In this document: positions 62,506 through 64,000 of the stretch, one piece after another
Position numbering within the stretch: position 1 is the stretch's first letter
Layout of the letters: every line of letters begins with the position of its first letter
Virus record (IMG/VR): IMGVR_UViG_3300045450_000145
Coordinates: 1-64,000 of that record
DNA length: 64,000 nucleotides
From: a virus
Reading direction: 5' to 3' (one strand)
Program-made: the position numbers and the translations under genes
Notes under the pieces: generated by a model
Databases searched by the model: none
What the model was told of the DNA's origin: nothing
The model's input: only the letters and a program-made list of their open reading frames with translations

Positions 62506-62964
62506 ATGATTAATTCCTCCTTAGGAGAACTACAACATACCAAGCGCGTCGGCTTCACGTGCTCCTGCTTTGATCTATTCCATGCAGGCCACGTGTTAAT
62601 GCTAAGAGAGGCACGGAGCAAGTGCGACTATCTACTTGTTGGAATGCAAACTGACCCAACGATTGACAGGCCAGAAAAGAACAAGCCAGTGCAAAGCGTC
62701 TTTGAGCGCTATGTTCAGCTTGACGCATGTAAGTACGTCGATGAAGTTGTGATGTATGCAACTGAAAAAGACCTAAAAGATATTTTACTTGCATATCCAA
62801 TCGATGTTAGAATTTTAGGCGATGAGTATGAAGGTAAGCCATTTACCGGCTTTGACATCGACATGGAATTCTACTTTAATTCCCGTAAGCATAGCTTCTC
62901 AACCAGCGAACTTAGACAGCGGATCGCTGAAATTGAAAGGCAGAAATTAGAGAAGATGAAATGA
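62506..62964 (+). CDS. HxGH cytidylyltransferase (TagD-like)
   Basis: FDLFHAGH, ER..L.ACKYVDEV, FSTSELR. Confidence 0.88.
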   Translation: MINSSLGELQHTKRVGFTCSCFDLFHAGHVLMLREARSKCDYLLVGMQTDPTIDRPEKNKPVQSVFERYVQLDACKYVDEVVMYATEKDLKDILLAYPIDVRILGDEYEGKPFTGFDIDMEFYFNSRKHSFSTSELRQRIAEIERQKLEKMK

Positions 62965-63147
62965 CACCAATTGTAGCCGCATTGTTAACACCAGTTCCAG
63001 GTTTAGGGGGCATGCTAGGTAGTTATTTGCTGCCAGTTTTGATCTTGGTTGGGATTGTATGCTACTTAATTGGTAAGGGTAACAAAGGGTAATATTATTA
63101 CCCTTTTTCTTTGTTTAATTTTATAATTTAATTTTATAGGACTTTGT

Positions 63148-63339
63148 ATGAAGCAAATTAACACGGTTAAGAATTATGAGGTGTCTTTTATCAATATGCG
63201 AGAACTGCTGGCTGAGAAGCTGGGCGTCAAGGCAAATCAAGTCAGTTTTCATATGACTGTAGAGCATGTCGGCTACGGACTGCCTGGATCAGATGATGAA
63301 GGATATGCACCAGTAATGAAAGTTAGCGTCGAAGAATAA
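63148..63339 (+). CDS. hypothetical protein
   Basis: 63 aa, SD agga. Confidence 0.5.
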   Translation: MKQINTVKNYEVSFINMRELLAEKLGVKANQVSFHMTVEHVGYGLPGSDDEGYAPVMKVSVEE

Positions 63340-63353
63340 GTCGAAGAATTTTC

Positions 63354-64000
63354 ATGATTAATGAACTCAACACTGGCCTTAAGGTCTTTTCTCAGCTATA
63401 TGTCGGCATTACACCCACCGCTAAGACGCTAAAAAGCCATAACCATCGGCAAGTTGAAGATGACTATGTGCCACTTGGCTTTGCGACGCCATACGAAGAC
63501 AATACTGCGGGTCGTAAGCGACAGGACACTGTCAATAATTGGCTTAAGAGTAATAGCCAGATTAATGGCAAGTACATCAATGGGCGGCATGTATTTGAAT
63601 ACATGAAGACTGAAATTAAAATCATTGACAACGAACCGCTTGAAGGGTTTAAAGTTACTGATGACGTCAAGCGAAAATACTATGGTGGCGGTAATGTGGT
63701 CTTCCGCATTGCAGACCCACGCGGATTTGAAGTAGAAATTGAAAGCCAAAATCTAATGGCTTTAATTTTATTTGCAGGAATTCAACCAGGTGGTATTATT
63801 AATGGCAAGTGCTGCTGGGGTAGGGATGCTGGCAAGAACATTCTTATTCATGAGTCCAGTCAAGAATATAAGAATGCTAGAATGGCGGCAGAAACTATTA
63901 AGCCTCTGTCTGGTCTTAAGAAGAGCAGCTTGCAACGCGGCAGTAAAGTTTTGCTGACAAATGGTAAAATTGGAACCTATCTTGGTCGCTTCTATTGCTA
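63354..64000 (+). CDS. conserved phage protein (runs off window end)
   Basis: Open frame MINELNTG..LGFATPY..FRIADPRGFEVEI.. to the end; absent from track because it has no stop. Confidence 0.7.
   Translation, partial: MINELNTGLKVFSQLYVGITPTAKTLKSHNHRQVEDDYVPLGFATPYEDNTAGRKRQDTVNNWLKSNSQINGKYINGRHVFEYMKTEIKIIDNEPLEGFKVTDDVKRKYYGGGNVVFRIADPRGFEVEIESQNLMALILFAGIQPGGIINGKCCWGRDAGKNILIHESSQEYKNARMAAETIKPLSGLKKSSLQRGSKVLLTNGKIGTYLGRFYC

Noticed and set aside
63328-63350. Short direct repeat gtcgaagaat x2
   Set aside because: Only two 10 nt copies at a gene end; consistent with chance or local slippage
1-64000. Stop-codon reassignment or suppressor tRNAs
   Set aside because: Known genes are full length in code 11, all three stops end genes, and no CTA, TTA or TCA anticodon was found
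1-64000. CRISPR array, diversity-generating retroelement, retron, integrase
   Set aside because: No regularly spaced repeats, no reverse-transcriptase motifs and no recombinase motifs seen

Overview
A 64 kb fragment of a large, AT-rich, T4-like (jumbo) myovirus genome; the host is probably a Gram-negative proteobacterium (inference from lipoproteins, a TAXI protein and sigma70-type promoters). No integrase, CRISPR array or stop-codon recoding is visible. In order, the window carries: (i) early genes, including an HNH-RNA ligase fusion and a tandem array of four membrane-anchored paralogues; (ii) a dispersed array of 22 tRNA genes (7.5-18.6 kb) with HNH and GIY-YIG homing endonucleases, preceded by a leader-peptide, terminator/antiterminator element; (iii) envelope genes (three lipoproteins, glycoside hydrolase plus glycosyltransferase, TAXI protein, holin-T-like proteins); (iv) an RNA-repair and stress block (NUDIX, HNH, a ~290 nt structured RNA, Ro60/TROVE, Thg1, SpoT-like HD hydrolase, DHFR, bactofilin, YeaG/PrkA-YeaH-YcgB/SpoVR); (v) a minus-strand tail-fibre region with a 2OG-Fe(II) oxygenase cassette; (vi) a nucleotide and sugar block. 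Block (vi) encodes a thymidylate-synthase-fold enzyme with the dCMP-type Asp (T4 gp42-like), a dNMP kinase, a UDG-fold protein, GalE, a T4 beta-glucosyltransferase-like protein and UDP-galactopyranose mutase. The strongest leads are a possible furanose-sugar cytosine hypermodification pathway, a Ro60-linked non-coding RNA, a translation-sensing attenuator upstream of the tRNA array, and a tRNA-His lacking G-1 alongside a phage Thg1. All family calls come from motif recognition by eye; no database search or folding program was run.
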